Positions 40,348-49,492 of a stretch of 64,000 nucleotides of DNA are shown here, one piece after another. The stretch is taken from assembly GCA_019057815.1 (NCBI GenBank), contig JAHLWR010000002.1, positions 128,001 through 192,000 on the forward strand. Reading direction: 5' to 3'. Position numbers and translations under genes: made by a program. The notes under the pieces are model-generated. The model saw only the letters and a list, made by a program, of their open reading frames with translations, had not been told where the DNA came from and did no database searches. Each line of letters opens with the position of its first letter. The first letter of the stretch is position 1. This stretch comes from Candidatus Heimdallarchaeota archaeon. Its GTDB lineage: Archaea; Asgardarchaeota; Heimdallarchaeia; Heimdallarchaeales; Heimdallarchaeaceae.

Positions 40348-40914
40348 ATGAGAAAAGACGCATCTGGAAAAATGCACTTTAAGCTGGTTTTTGTCGGACC
40401 AAGTATGGCTGGCAAAACAACATTTCTTAAAAAACTTCATACAGATGTAACTGGAATTAAAAAAGGAGGATTGAACAGTATCGAAGATCCTTCTGGACGA
40501 ACGATTTATTTTGACTTTAGCCCGTTCATGGCAACATCAAATGTTATTCTAGATATATATACGGTAGCAGGTCAAAGAAGACATAGGCATCAGAGATCTT
40601 TGGTATTAAAAGGAGTAGATGGATTGCTTTTTGTGGCAGATTCATCAAGAGATTTATTAGCAGATAACGTTGAATCAGCAGAAGAATTGAAAAAAGAATT
40701 AGGAGACAAAATCATAACTGAAATTCCTATAGTTTTATCTTTGAATAAAAGAGATGTTCCAGATGCCATGGATAAAAGAGAGTTAATAGATGCATTAGAT
40801 TTGGGTGATGGTATTCCTGTTTTTGAGACAATCGCAATAGAAGGAATAGGAGTTAAACGAGCCTTTCAATCCTTAGCACGAGATGTTATGTTAAAAAAGT
40901 TATATCAAATTTAA
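40348..40914 (+). CDS. MglA-like small GTPase
   Basis: GPSMAGKTT, RTIYFDF, YTVAGQ, LKGVDGLLFVADS, NKRD. Directly follows a roadblock gene. Confidence 0.88.
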   Translation: MRKDASGKMHFKLVFVGPSMAGKTTFLKKLHTDVTGIKKGGLNSIEDPSGRTIYFDFSPFMATSNVILDIYTVAGQRRHRHQRSLVLKGVDGLLFVADSSRDLLADNVESAEELKKELGDKIITEIPIVLSLNKRDVPDAMDKRELIDALDLGDGIPVFETIAIEGIGVKRAFQSLARDVMLKKLYQI

Positions 40915-40951
40915 ATTGTCTTTCTCTTTTACATTGAAAGTGGGTAGAATA

Positions 40952-41677
40952 TTAGCTTTTCCCAGGTAGTAATAATATGTGATTTATATTACTAGTTTCG
41001 TTTTGATCTATAATCATCCTTACTACCTTTGCAACATCACTCGAAGAGAGCATTTTATTTCTGTCAATATCCTTACCATCAAACCAAGGAGTGTCTACTG
41101 ACCCAGGATTAATAGTTGCTACTTTCACCATGGTCCCTTTTAACTCATCACGTAAACACCCAACCATAGCTTGAACAGCATGTTTTGTTGCTGCATAAAG
41201 ACTACACCTTGCAGCTGTTTTCAATCCTAGATTCGAAGATGTTACTATAATCTGCCCTTTATTTTGTGCTTTCAATAGAGGTAGTGTTTTGTTCATCCAG
41301 AGGAAAACTCCTTTTACATTTGTATTGAACTGCTCATCATATTGTTCAATTGTTAAATCTTCCAAATTACCAAAGTAACCTACGCCAGCATTAGCAAAAA
41401 GAACATCAATTCCACCTAGTTTTTGCTTGATATTATTGAACATACGTTCTGTATCTTCTTCGTTCCCGACATTTCCAACATCATAATATGCTTCACAACC
41501 TAGAGAATGTAGACTTTCTACAATCTTCTTCAATCGACCATCATTTCGTCCCATAAGGAAAAAACAATGATTACTTTTAGCCATTTCAAAAGCAACTGCT
41601 TCGCCTATGCCACTTGATCCTCCAGTAATTACAATGCGTAGAGAATCTTCGATTATCGTTCCATTCATATGCTTCAA
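40952..41677 (-). CDS. Short-chain dehydrogenase/reductase
   Basis: TGGSSGIG, ANAGVG, YAATK, NPGSVDT. Confidence 0.92.
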   Translation of the reverse strand: MKHMNGTIIEDSLRIVITGGSSGIGEAVAFEMAKSNHCFFLMGRNDGRLKKIVESLHSLGCEAYYDVGNVGNEEDTERMFNNIKQKLGGIDVLFANAGVGYFGNLEDLTIEQYDEQFNTNVKGVFLWMNKTLPLLKAQNKGQIIVTSSNLGLKTAARCSLYAATKHAVQAMVGCLRDELKGTMVKVATINPGSVDTPWFDGKDIDRNKMLSSSDVAKVVRMIIDQNETSNINHILLLPGKS

Positions 41678-41769
41678 GTTTTGAACTTCTTAATATCCTT
41701 TTAGTATTGCAAAAAGAGCAAGGAATACAATAGGATTCTTACGAAGATAGTAAATATAACAAATATACG

Positions 41770-43173
41770 CTACATCTCTATTTCTTCTTTCACTAATCTT
41801 CTTAATAAAATAATACTAGTTCTTACCCCTTTTTCAAACCATTCCACCATTAGATTCTCATTTGGAGCATGGTTTGCTTCATCTGGTTGGGCATAAGGTA
41901 TAATGTACATTGGTTTTTCTATAATTTTGTATAGAGAATATAAAGGTAAACTCCCTCCTGCAAGGGGAACCTTCAATGGTTTCTCTTGGAAACCTTCTTC
42001 AATAGATTCTTCTAAGATTTTTGTCCATTGAAGTTCTAAGGATGTAAACATTGGATAAAAACTAGCTCCAAACTCTATTTTACATCTATCAATAACCGCA
42101 GCCATTCTCTCTGATTTTTGACTTATTTTACCCAAATGCGCAAGAAATAACTTTTCTATCTTTTCTGGGGTTTGGTTAGGAACTAATCGTACATCTATTT
42201 CAATAACAGCATCTTTTGGTATAATCGTTTTAGCTTTTCCTCTTACGCTTCCAGATTGAATACCTCTAATGTTAAATGTAGGTCTGAACATTACTCGATG
42301 CGATAAAGGTTGATCTAATTCTTCTCCAAAATAATCTATTCCTAATTGCTGTTTGTATACCTCTGGATTTCGATTCAACTCTTTTGCAGCGTCTAGAGCT
42401 TCTTTTGAAGGCGTAAAAACATCATCATAAAAACCTTCAATTAAACATTTACCACCATCATTTCTCATTGTTTTTAAAATCGAAATTAAATCCCACACTG
42501 GATTGGGTTGGATACCACCAAAATTACCTGAATGTACATCATCATTAGCGCTTTGTAGATTTATTTGTATTGTTTGAATTCCTCTAGCTCCAAATTCTAA
42601 AGTGGGTTTCCAAGTTGGATCTGCTGGACCATCAGAAACAATAATTAAATCTACATCTTTGAAGAGCTCAGATTTTTTTTCTAAGGCTTTTTCAAGATTT
42701 GGTGAACCTAATTCTTCTTCTCCATCGAAAACAAATATTACTCTAACATCCAGCTCATTAGATTGATGAATACATTCGATAGCACGAAGATTAGCAAAAA
42801 GTTGTCCTTTATTATCTCCTACCCCTCTTGCATAAATCCTTCCATCTCGTATTTCAGGTTCAAAGGGAGGTGAAATCCATTTGTCTAGAGGTTCGGGAGG
42901 TTGGACATCATAATGACCATAAAACAATATACATGGAACCTTTTGATGAATATTGTTATCGTTTTGAGGATCCCATTTGGCTAGAATAACTGGATTTCCC
43001 AAAGTATCTAATAATTCAGCATAGTCAGCTGTTTTCTTCAAACGTTTCATCAACCAGTCTGCAGCGTCCTTTACTGCATTTCGATCTCTTGTAACGCTTG
43101 GAATTCTAATAAAATCGAATAAGTCATCTAAACATTCTTTTCTTGTATTGTTAAAAAATTCAAGAGCTTTCAA
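41770..43173 (-). CDS. M20-family metallopeptidase (dipeptidase-like)
   Basis: YGHYDVQP, ARGVGDNKG, DGEEELGS, HSGNFGG, HAPNEN. Confidence 0.92.
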   Translation of the reverse strand: MKALEFFNNTRKECLDDLFDFIRIPSVTRDRNAVKDAADWLMKRLKKTADYAELLDTLGNPVILAKWDPQNDNNIHQKVPCILFYGHYDVQPPEPLDKWISPPFEPEIRDGRIYARGVGDNKGQLFANLRAIECIHQSNELDVRVIFVFDGEEELGSPNLEKALEKKSELFKDVDLIIVSDGPADPTWKPTLEFGARGIQTIQINLQSANDDVHSGNFGGIQPNPVWDLISILKTMRNDGGKCLIEGFYDDVFTPSKEALDAAKELNRNPEVYKQQLGIDYFGEELDQPLSHRVMFRPTFNIRGIQSGSVRGKAKTIIPKDAVIEIDVRLVPNQTPEKIEKLFLAHLGKISQKSERMAAVIDRCKIEFGASFYPMFTSLELQWTKILEESIEEGFQEKPLKVPLAGGSLPLYSLYKIIEKPMYIIPYAQPDEANHAPNENLMVEWFEKGVRTSIILLRRLVKEEIEM

Positions 43174-43254
43174 TTATACAACTTCCTTATGTCACTCAAT
43201 ATACAATCCATTAACTACTTACTTAACAGAATTATTTAAAAATGTAAGTTTGAA

Positions 43255-43270
43255 AACGAAAGTTTTATTA
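43255..43270 (+). promoter_or_regulatory. BRE-TATA promoter of tRNA-Lys(CTT)
   Basis: AACGAAAGTTTTATTA, 15/16 identical to the element upstream of the other tRNA-Lys gene. Confidence 0.6.
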
Positions 43271-43328
43271 AAAAATGGAAGGGAGAGATGAATGAACGAT
43301 AGATTTAGGGCAATTGTTCAAGAAAAGA

Positions 43329-43438
43329 GGGCCATTGGCTCAGCTAGGTAGAGCAGCGGACTCTTAAACAAGATTAGCTGAAAATCATCTCGTAGAGTAA
43401 TCCGTCGGTCGCCGGTTCAAATCCGGCATGGCTCGCCA
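43329..43438 (+). tRNA. tRNA-Lys(CTT) with 33-nt intron at 37/38 (43367..43399), CCA encoded
   Basis: Acceptor GGGCCAT/ATGGCTC, D-arm GCTC/GAGC, anticodon CTT at 43363-43365, bulge-helix-bulge (CTCT/AGAG flanked by TAA bulges), T-arm GCCGG-TTCAAAT-CCGGC. Confidence 0.95.
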
Positions 43439-43442
43439 TATC

Positions 43443-44447
43443 TCAATTTATTTCAAAAATAATCTTTGGGCGTCTTATCATTCTCTTTAGTACTATTAAA
43501 ATTATTATAATAGAATCAAGTATAAAATAAAATTTCACCTCAGATGTCGTGCTTGTTTCTGTTGTAACAACTGGAGAAATACCATTTGTTAAGGGGTATT
43601 TATCGGTTTTTCCCGCTGGTCCATCTATATCATAGTAGTTTATTCCTAACCAATCGGACCAATAATTTCCTTCGGAAGATAAAACGTCATACCAAATATT
43701 TCCTTCTCCAGTGTCATAACCTTGCGATTCTCCTCCCTTATTGTTATTAACAAACCTATTATGGTGTACAGCGTGATAATTAACATCTTGAGCCAGATAC
43801 AAACCATATCCACCATTTTTTTGTAATATATTGCTGGTTATTAATCCTGCGTCACAGTGTAATAGTTGCAAACCATAATCACTATTACCTGAACAATTAT
43901 TATTTGATACAATAGCTTTATCACTATAAATAAAATACATCCCTTTTGTGTTATTTGTACAGGTATTATTCTTTAATATAGTTCGAGAAGTGTAATGAAT
44001 ATTTATTCCATTAACTATATTATTAGTACAAGTATTATTCATGATTTTAACAGTTTCATCTTTTACATTACTAATATATATTCCATAAGAATGTCCTGAA
44101 AGATAACAATTGCGTATAATTATTGATAGTGTGGTTGTAGAAATTGCTATTGCTTTATTATATGTAGTTGTTATATTATAATTTTCAATAACATAAGGAT
44201 CTTCTTTTGTTCCATTTCCAGGGAAATTATAAGATATCAAATCGTCATCGGATAGTATAATTATCTCTTCATATTCAACTAAATATTTGTTTTGAAAATA
44301 AATATTAACATTGTCTGAAAGAGATTCACTTTTTATTATTGAACTAGAATCAGTTAAAAGAAAGCACGTACTAGTTAATAGAATACCGATAAGAATGAAT
44401 TTCTTAAAAAAGGAATTCGTTGAATTAACCATTCTACATAATCCCAT
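43443..44447 (-). CDS. Right-handed beta-helix (NosD/CASH-like) surface protein with C-terminal TM
   Basis: Signal peptide, FPGNGTKEDPYVIE, NNTC..GI repeats, GNYWSDW..DKYPL, Thr-rich linker and TM. Confidence 0.85.
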   Translation of the reverse strand: MGLCRMVNSTNSFFKKFILIGILLTSTCFLLTDSSSIIKSESLSDNVNIYFQNKYLVEYEEIIILSDDDLISYNFPGNGTKEDPYVIENYNITTTYNKAIAISTTTLSIIIRNCYLSGHSYGIYISNVKDETVKIMNNTCTNNIVNGINIHYTSRTILKNNTCTNNTKGMYFIYSDKAIVSNNNCSGNSDYGLQLLHCDAGLITSNILQKNGGYGLYLAQDVNYHAVHHNRFVNNNKGGESQGYDTGEGNIWYDVLSSEGNYWSDWLGINYYDIDGPAGKTDKYPLTNGISPVVTTETSTTSEVKFYFILDSIIIILIVLKRMIRRPKIIFEIN

Positions 44448-44511
44448 TCATTAAATGTCTGTTTTTGTGTTTTATATTACCACACTTATAAAATATGTCT
44501 TTCTTAGAAAC

Positions 44512-45438
44512 TTAAAAATTTTCTATAGTTTGTATAGCTATTATCTCTCTTTCTTGTTCCTTTATCAGGTGCTTTTCCCAAGTTTCTGAGTCCAAAATCA
44601 TTTGAAGCATCTGTTCAAATTGCTTTCTATTCTCAAAAATCTCGAATGCTCCTTCGATCCCATCACTATCAAAACTTAACCAATCATTGCAAACTTCAGC
44701 AACAAATTCTGCAAATCTTTGATAAGCTTTCTTTTGGTCTTTGTTCTGGGTAATAACAATAGCAAAAGCTTTTTGGATTACTTTGAAATAAATGGTTAGC
44801 TTTTCTCCCTCTATTTTTTTTAATTTTCCTATCCCAATAAGTTGCCCTAAATCTAATATTGCGGATACGAAAGAAGAAAAAAGTACTGCATCATATGGTA
44901 ACAAAAGTGTAGTCATCATATATACTGGTTGGCCTGAACTGGTAGCTATAAGTAAGTCAACGTCACTAATCAATAGAGCATCACTGTCTTCATCTTTGCT
45001 TTCTACAGCAATTTCTGTTTCCAATTTAACACGTTTGTTTATAATTAAATTTAGATGCCTAGCGAATCTAGAGATATATTTTTGTTCTTTTAAAAGGAAT
45101 GATTCTTCTGCTAACAGGCTATTAATCTCATCTTTGTTTACTAAAGGATGGAAATTGTTTTTGAACTCATTCTTCACTCTTTTTACAATTGATTGTTTTG
45201 TATATTGATTTTTTACAATTGCCAAAATATAATCGTTCTTCGTTTCACAAATAATCTCGAAATCTTCAAACTCAATATTTTTTGGTGATGTTTCACCTAA
45301 TTCTGTGATAATAGTAGTGATAGCGGTTAAATAGCTTACAATTCCTACCTGTAAATCATCCTTTCCCCATTCATCGTTGTAAATGCGATAATATCGACAG
45401 GAACCACTCTTCTTCAATATCAAAATAGCTTTTACCAA
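44512..45438 (-). CDS. Tandem longin/roadblock-like domain protein
   Basis: Two units each starting ILILKKSG / LLIATSSGQPVY followed by the 'S.Y/F.SAI....E/Q.....K.IE' pattern of Asgard longin-like domains. Confidence 0.62.
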   Translation of the reverse strand: MVKAILILKKSGSCRYYRIYNDEWGKDDLQVGIVSYLTAITTIITELGETSPKNIEFEDFEIICETKNDYILAIVKNQYTKQSIVKRVKNEFKNNFHPLVNKDEINSLLAEESFLLKEQKYISRFARHLNLIINKRVKLETEIAVESKDEDSDALLISDVDLLIATSSGQPVYMMTTLLLPYDAVLFSSFVSAILDLGQLIGIGKLKKIEGEKLTIYFKVIQKAFAIVITQNKDQKKAYQRFAEFVAEVCNDWLSFDSDGIEGAFEIFENRKQFEQMLQMILDSETWEKHLIKEQEREIIAIQTIENF

Positions 45439-45522
45439 TTAACGGCCACATCACTAATTATCTTTGTTTTGTTTCTTATACAAAAAAATAACTCTTAAAA
45501 GCTTCCTTCGTGACGTTAATTA

Positions 45523-46590
45523 ATGAAAGATGTTGCTTGTGGAATCCGTATTCCTTACTCTCATGCTGAAATCTTGCGTAAAAAACTAATTTCTCTTGGA
45601 GTGATTGACCATTCTTTAGCATTCATAAGAGAGGAGGAGAATTTGATTATTCCAATTGTTCTTACTAAGAAAGAAGCTGAAAAGCTACTATCAAGTTCTT
45701 ATGAAAAAGTCAATCTTGAAATTGGAGAGTTTACTTTTTTAAGAATTCAAAAATCACCCAACAGTTTACAAGAAGCTTTAGAAGACATAATTCCAGAGGA
45801 TCTCCAAATGTTCGTTCCAAAATCTTTTGATGTGATTGGAGACATAGTTGTTATTGATATTCCACCAGAGATAACAGCATACAAGAAAATAATTGGAGTG
45901 GAGTTATTATCAATTGTTTCTTCTGTAAAAACCATATATAGAAAAGCATCTCCAGTTTCAGGTCAAAAAAGAATAAGAGAATTAGATTTCTTAACAGGAG
46001 AAAAAAAGTGTAGTACTCTCCACACAGAACATGGAATCAAATTATATGTTGATATTTGTGATGCTTATTTTAGTCCTCGTCTAGGAAATGAGCACCATCG
46101 TGTTGCTTTAAGTTGTAAAAATCGGGAGATAATCACAGATTTATTTACAGGTGTTGGAGCTTTCCCCCTTCACATTGCAAAAGAACATGATGTAACAATC
46201 TATGCTATCGATATTAACAAAAGAGCAATTGAATGTTTGGAAGAATCCATAAAAATCAATAAACTCAAAGGAAAAATTATTCCAATAAATAATGATTGTA
46301 GGGAAATTATAAACGAAATACCTAAAGCAAACCGAATTATAATGAATCTTCCTAGCCATTCACATAATTTTCTTGATGTTATGTGCAACATAATTCAACC
46401 AGAAGGAATCCTTTACTTCTACCATTTTGTTGATGAAGAAAATGCTGAAAAGGAAATTCAACAAATACTTGAAGATGGTTTAAATAGAAACGCGTGGAAA
46501 ATAAGTAAAATTGTGAATTTTCACAAAATAAGAGAAAGCGCTCCTCGAGAAATTCATGTTTGTTTAGAAGTTAAGGTTTCTCCTCTATAG
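45523..46590 (+). CDS. trm5: tRNA (guanine37-N1)-methyltransferase Trm5
   Basis: SFDVIGDIVVI, HTEHG, AYFSPRLGNEHHR, DLFTGVGAFP, IDIN, RIIMNLP. Confidence 0.9.
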   Translation: MKDVACGIRIPYSHAEILRKKLISLGVIDHSLAFIREEENLIIPIVLTKKEAEKLLSSSYEKVNLEIGEFTFLRIQKSPNSLQEALEDIIPEDLQMFVPKSFDVIGDIVVIDIPPEITAYKKIIGVELLSIVSSVKTIYRKASPVSGQKRIRELDFLTGEKKCSTLHTEHGIKLYVDICDAYFSPRLGNEHHRVALSCKNREIITDLFTGVGAFPLHIAKEHDVTIYAIDINKRAIECLEESIKINKLKGKIIPINNDCREIINEIPKANRIIMNLPSHSHNFLDVMCNIIQPEGILYFYHFVDEENAEKEIQQILEDGLNRNAWKISKIVNFHKIRESAPREIHVCLEVKVSPL

Positions 46591-47003
46591 ATTTTTATTG
46601 TAACTTTCATTTCCATTTCAGGGTTTTTCATTTCATCAATCATTTTTCTTGAAAGCTGACTTGCAGACTTATTTGCGTTTATCATCAATGTTCTAGGGCA
46701 TACAAAATTGCTTTTCCTTACTATTATTGCTCTTTTATCGGATAATAAAAGGTTAGGATGACCTTTTCCTATTATTTTTTCACAAAACTTATCCACCTCA
46801 ATTAGGAGAACAATATCAGTATTTAAGCTCTTAATAGAATTTTTGATAATTTCAGGTAGAACACTTAGAGAACTACTAGCGTTTATTCCTATTATACAAT
46901 TTCCTTTTAATGATAAATCTGTATCTGTAGTAATTTCAATAGTTGTTTTATGCGTTCCTAGTATTTTTTCATGGCCTTTACAAAAGAAAGAAAAAGATTT
47001 CAT
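46554..47003 (-). CDS. DUF371 family protein
   Basis: GHEKILGTHKTTIEITTD..LSLKGNCIIGI, GHPNL, IVRKSNFVCPRTLMINANKSA. Confidence 0.88.
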   Translation of the reverse strand: MKSFSFFCKGHEKILGTHKTTIEITTDTDLSLKGNCIIGINASSSLSVLPEIIKNSIKSLNTDIVLLIEVDKFCEKIIGKGHPNLLLSDKRAIIVRKSNFVCPRTLMINANKSASQLSRKMIDEMKNPEMEMKVTIKIYRGETLTSKQT

Positions 47004-47126
47004 AGTTCTTCTTTTGACATTCTCTTTTATTTTTGTTTTGCTCTCGAAAGGAAAAGTTTTTTCAAACTATTCCAACAAAATATTAAAAAACAAACTGCAG
47101 ATAATTTCCTTGACAGGTAGACATCA

Positions 47127-48344
47127 ATGACTCAAAAGTTGCTATTAAGCGAAGCATTAGACTGGTTTAGTAAACAGATATCTTCCACTCTGGCAAGTTA
47201 CAGAAATAATGCTCATAAAAATATAAGAACAATCCATAATAAAATTGAAGATTTAATAACTGCAGCCCACAGGTTTGACTACTCAGATATTAAAGACCCT
47301 GATGTGTACCAAAATTATGCTACAACTATTTTTAATAAAACAATTGAAATATTTGAAAAAATAGTACCACCAGAAGTAGTAACTTACAAAAAGATTGAAG
47401 AATACAATAATATTTGTAAAAATCAAATTGCTACATATATGAATCTCCTCTCCAAATACCTTTCATGGTTAAAAAGAGACCGCTCTTACAAAGACAAAGT
47501 AAAGAATCTTGATCGAGTTCTAGGGAGATTAAAAGAAGAAGTCCACAAGTTTGAAAATAAGACAATGGTACATTATTCTGAAATCATAAAATATGAAAAA
47601 GTTATTGATGACATCGAAGAATTACAAATTAATGTTCAAAGTAGAACTGAGTTGAATGAAGAAATTGATTCACACTCTGAAGATATCAAGAGATTGACAG
47701 AAATAGTTGAAGAAAAGAATGGTGTACTAAAAGAACTTAAAGATCATCCTGGTTTTGTGCAATTTGAACAGAATAAGCACGAATTAGAAAAAATCGAAAT
47801 TATTCTTTCAAACAAAGTATCAGAAATTAAGAAACTCTCAAATAAAGTGATTAAAGCAGTAGAATCAAAGAAAATAGAAATCGATAACTATGACAAAGAA
47901 ACACTAAAAAATTTGATAAAAGACCCTTTGGGAGTTTTAATAAGAGAATCAGATGGATATAGAGGTTTAAAGGCTATATTGAACACGCTTAAAGAAAGCA
48001 GCACTCTTCCAGCTATTCAAATGAAGAAAGATAAACTTGAGAGAGCTTATGAAAACATAGACGAAATATTAAACGATGAGTTGCTAGAACACCAAAAAAG
48101 AGCAAAATTCCTGATACAACAAAATGATGCAATAGACTATAAATTCAAAGAAATGGAAATAGATGTCAAAATAAAAAGATATGAAAAGGAAATTGACAAT
48201 CTTAAAATTGATATAGACAGAATCACCCTACCTCTTCGAAGAGAATTAGAAAATGTAGAGAAAAAAATTACGACAGCAAAAGAAACTATTGAAACAAGAG
48301 TTCTTAATTTTACGAAACAGTCAGTTTCTCTAATATTTGATTAA
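47127..48344 (+). CDS. Long coiled-coil protein, function unknown
   Basis: 405 aa, E/K-rich heptad pattern, no TM. Confidence 0.75.
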   Translation: MTQKLLLSEALDWFSKQISSTLASYRNNAHKNIRTIHNKIEDLITAAHRFDYSDIKDPDVYQNYATTIFNKTIEIFEKIVPPEVVTYKKIEEYNNICKNQIATYMNLLSKYLSWLKRDRSYKDKVKNLDRVLGRLKEEVHKFENKTMVHYSEIIKYEKVIDDIEELQINVQSRTELNEEIDSHSEDIKRLTEIVEEKNGVLKELKDHPGFVQFEQNKHELEKIEIILSNKVSEIKKLSNKVIKAVESKKIEIDNYDKETLKNLIKDPLGVLIRESDGYRGLKAILNTLKESSTLPAIQMKKDKLERAYENIDEILNDELLEHQKRAKFLIQQNDAIDYKFKEMEIDVKIKRYEKEIDNLKIDIDRITLPLRRELENVEKKITTAKETIETRVLNFTKQSVSLIFD

Positions 48345-48429
48345 TTTAGCCCTATCTAAGTAAGGTTACTAGTGTTGTGGTCATTTAAAGATAAGCTAAT
48401 TCAATATCTTCTGATAAAGGGGGAAGGCA

Positions 48430-49350
48430 TTAAAGCAAACCTTTCTCAACAAGTAAACGAAACTCGCTCATTGAGAGATTTTCTCCTTCCTCATACTTCG
48501 AAAAAGCCTTTTGAACATTCTCCTCGAGACTACTTTGTATTTGATCTTTCCTTTCTTTTCTAATCTGCTTTTGGATGCTTTTCATCTTTTGTCTTAAATC
48601 ATGCCTGAGTCGTACTTTGGAAAGGAAATCTCTGTGAAAATGGTCAGCTTTCTTTTTAGTCACTAAAAATTTATTATGCCAGTCATTAGCATCTTTTCGG
48701 AGCTTATTTACTTGTTGAAAAGATTGTGATCCTAAATTATGATAGATTTGAGATTCTTTTGCATCATTAATTATTCGTTGGTTTAAACTATGAAGCTTCT
48801 TCTGTGAAGAATTTATAACCTGCCATAGTAGAGTTCCTTTTGTAGATAGATTAACCTTTTTAGCAATTCCATTAAATTGTTCAGATAAACTCTCTAACTG
48901 TTGAATTATCTCTTTCTCTTTATTTATTGATAAAATTTGAGTTTGAAGGTTCCATTCAAGCTTTTTAATTTGATCATTCAACCTATGCATCTGTTTTCTG
49001 TTTTTTCTGAGTTCACCTTCACCCATCTTTTCATCTGATTCAGAAAGTAATGAAAGTTCTATTCTACTCTCTTTAAGAGTTTCTTGATCTTTTTTTCTTG
49101 TATCTTTCAACTCTTTTACTTGAATATTAGTCTCATCTCTTTTAGAAATGTAATCCTTTGCTATTTTCAAATGATTACTAATCTCTTGGTTAATTTCGTT
49201 TCGTTTTGTTAAGGCTTCTTTTGTTAGAGTATTATTGTCATCTCTTTCTTTTTTGAGAATCTGGATTTCTTCTTGAAGTTTACTCAACGCAACAGCTATC
49301 TCCTCTATATTATTTTGCTCAACTGTTGGTTCATCTATCATATTACACAA
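48430..49350 (-). CDS. Archaeal coiled-coil protein (COG1340-like)
   Basis: KRDETNIQVKELK, LEWNLQTQILSINKEKEII, ESQIYH, ADHFH, C-terminal GENLSMSEFRLL. Confidence 0.8.
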   Translation of the reverse strand: MCNMIDEPTVEQNNIEEIAVALSKLQEEIQILKKERDDNNTLTKEALTKRNEINQEISNHLKIAKDYISKRDETNIQVKELKDTRKKDQETLKESRIELSLLSESDEKMGEGELRKNRKQMHRLNDQIKKLEWNLQTQILSINKEKEIIQQLESLSEQFNGIAKKVNLSTKGTLLWQVINSSQKKLHSLNQRIINDAKESQIYHNLGSQSFQQVNKLRKDANDWHNKFLVTKKKADHFHRDFLSKVRLRHDLRQKMKSIQKQIRKERKDQIQSSLEENVQKAFSKYEEGENLSMSEFRLLVEKGLL

Positions 49351-49492
49351 AAGAGGAAGAATAAGTAGTTTTTAAAGACTTTTCGTAATGTGAGTGTTGA
49401 GAAAAAAATGTAAAAAAAAGGCTATAGATAATAGTAAGTAATACAAGAGAAAGAAATACTTGAAAATATAATATCAATTTGTTTTTATGTAC

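Noticed and set aside
46554-46590. Convergent 37-nt overlap of trm5 and DUF371
   Set aside because: Short tail-to-tail overlaps are common in compact archaeal genomes, and there is no further signal.
47127-49350. Coiled-coil proteins as possible ESCRT-III, SMC or SNARE homologs
   Set aside because: No Walker motifs, TM anchors or Snf7-like features were recognisable. Coiled-coil composition alone is not evidence.
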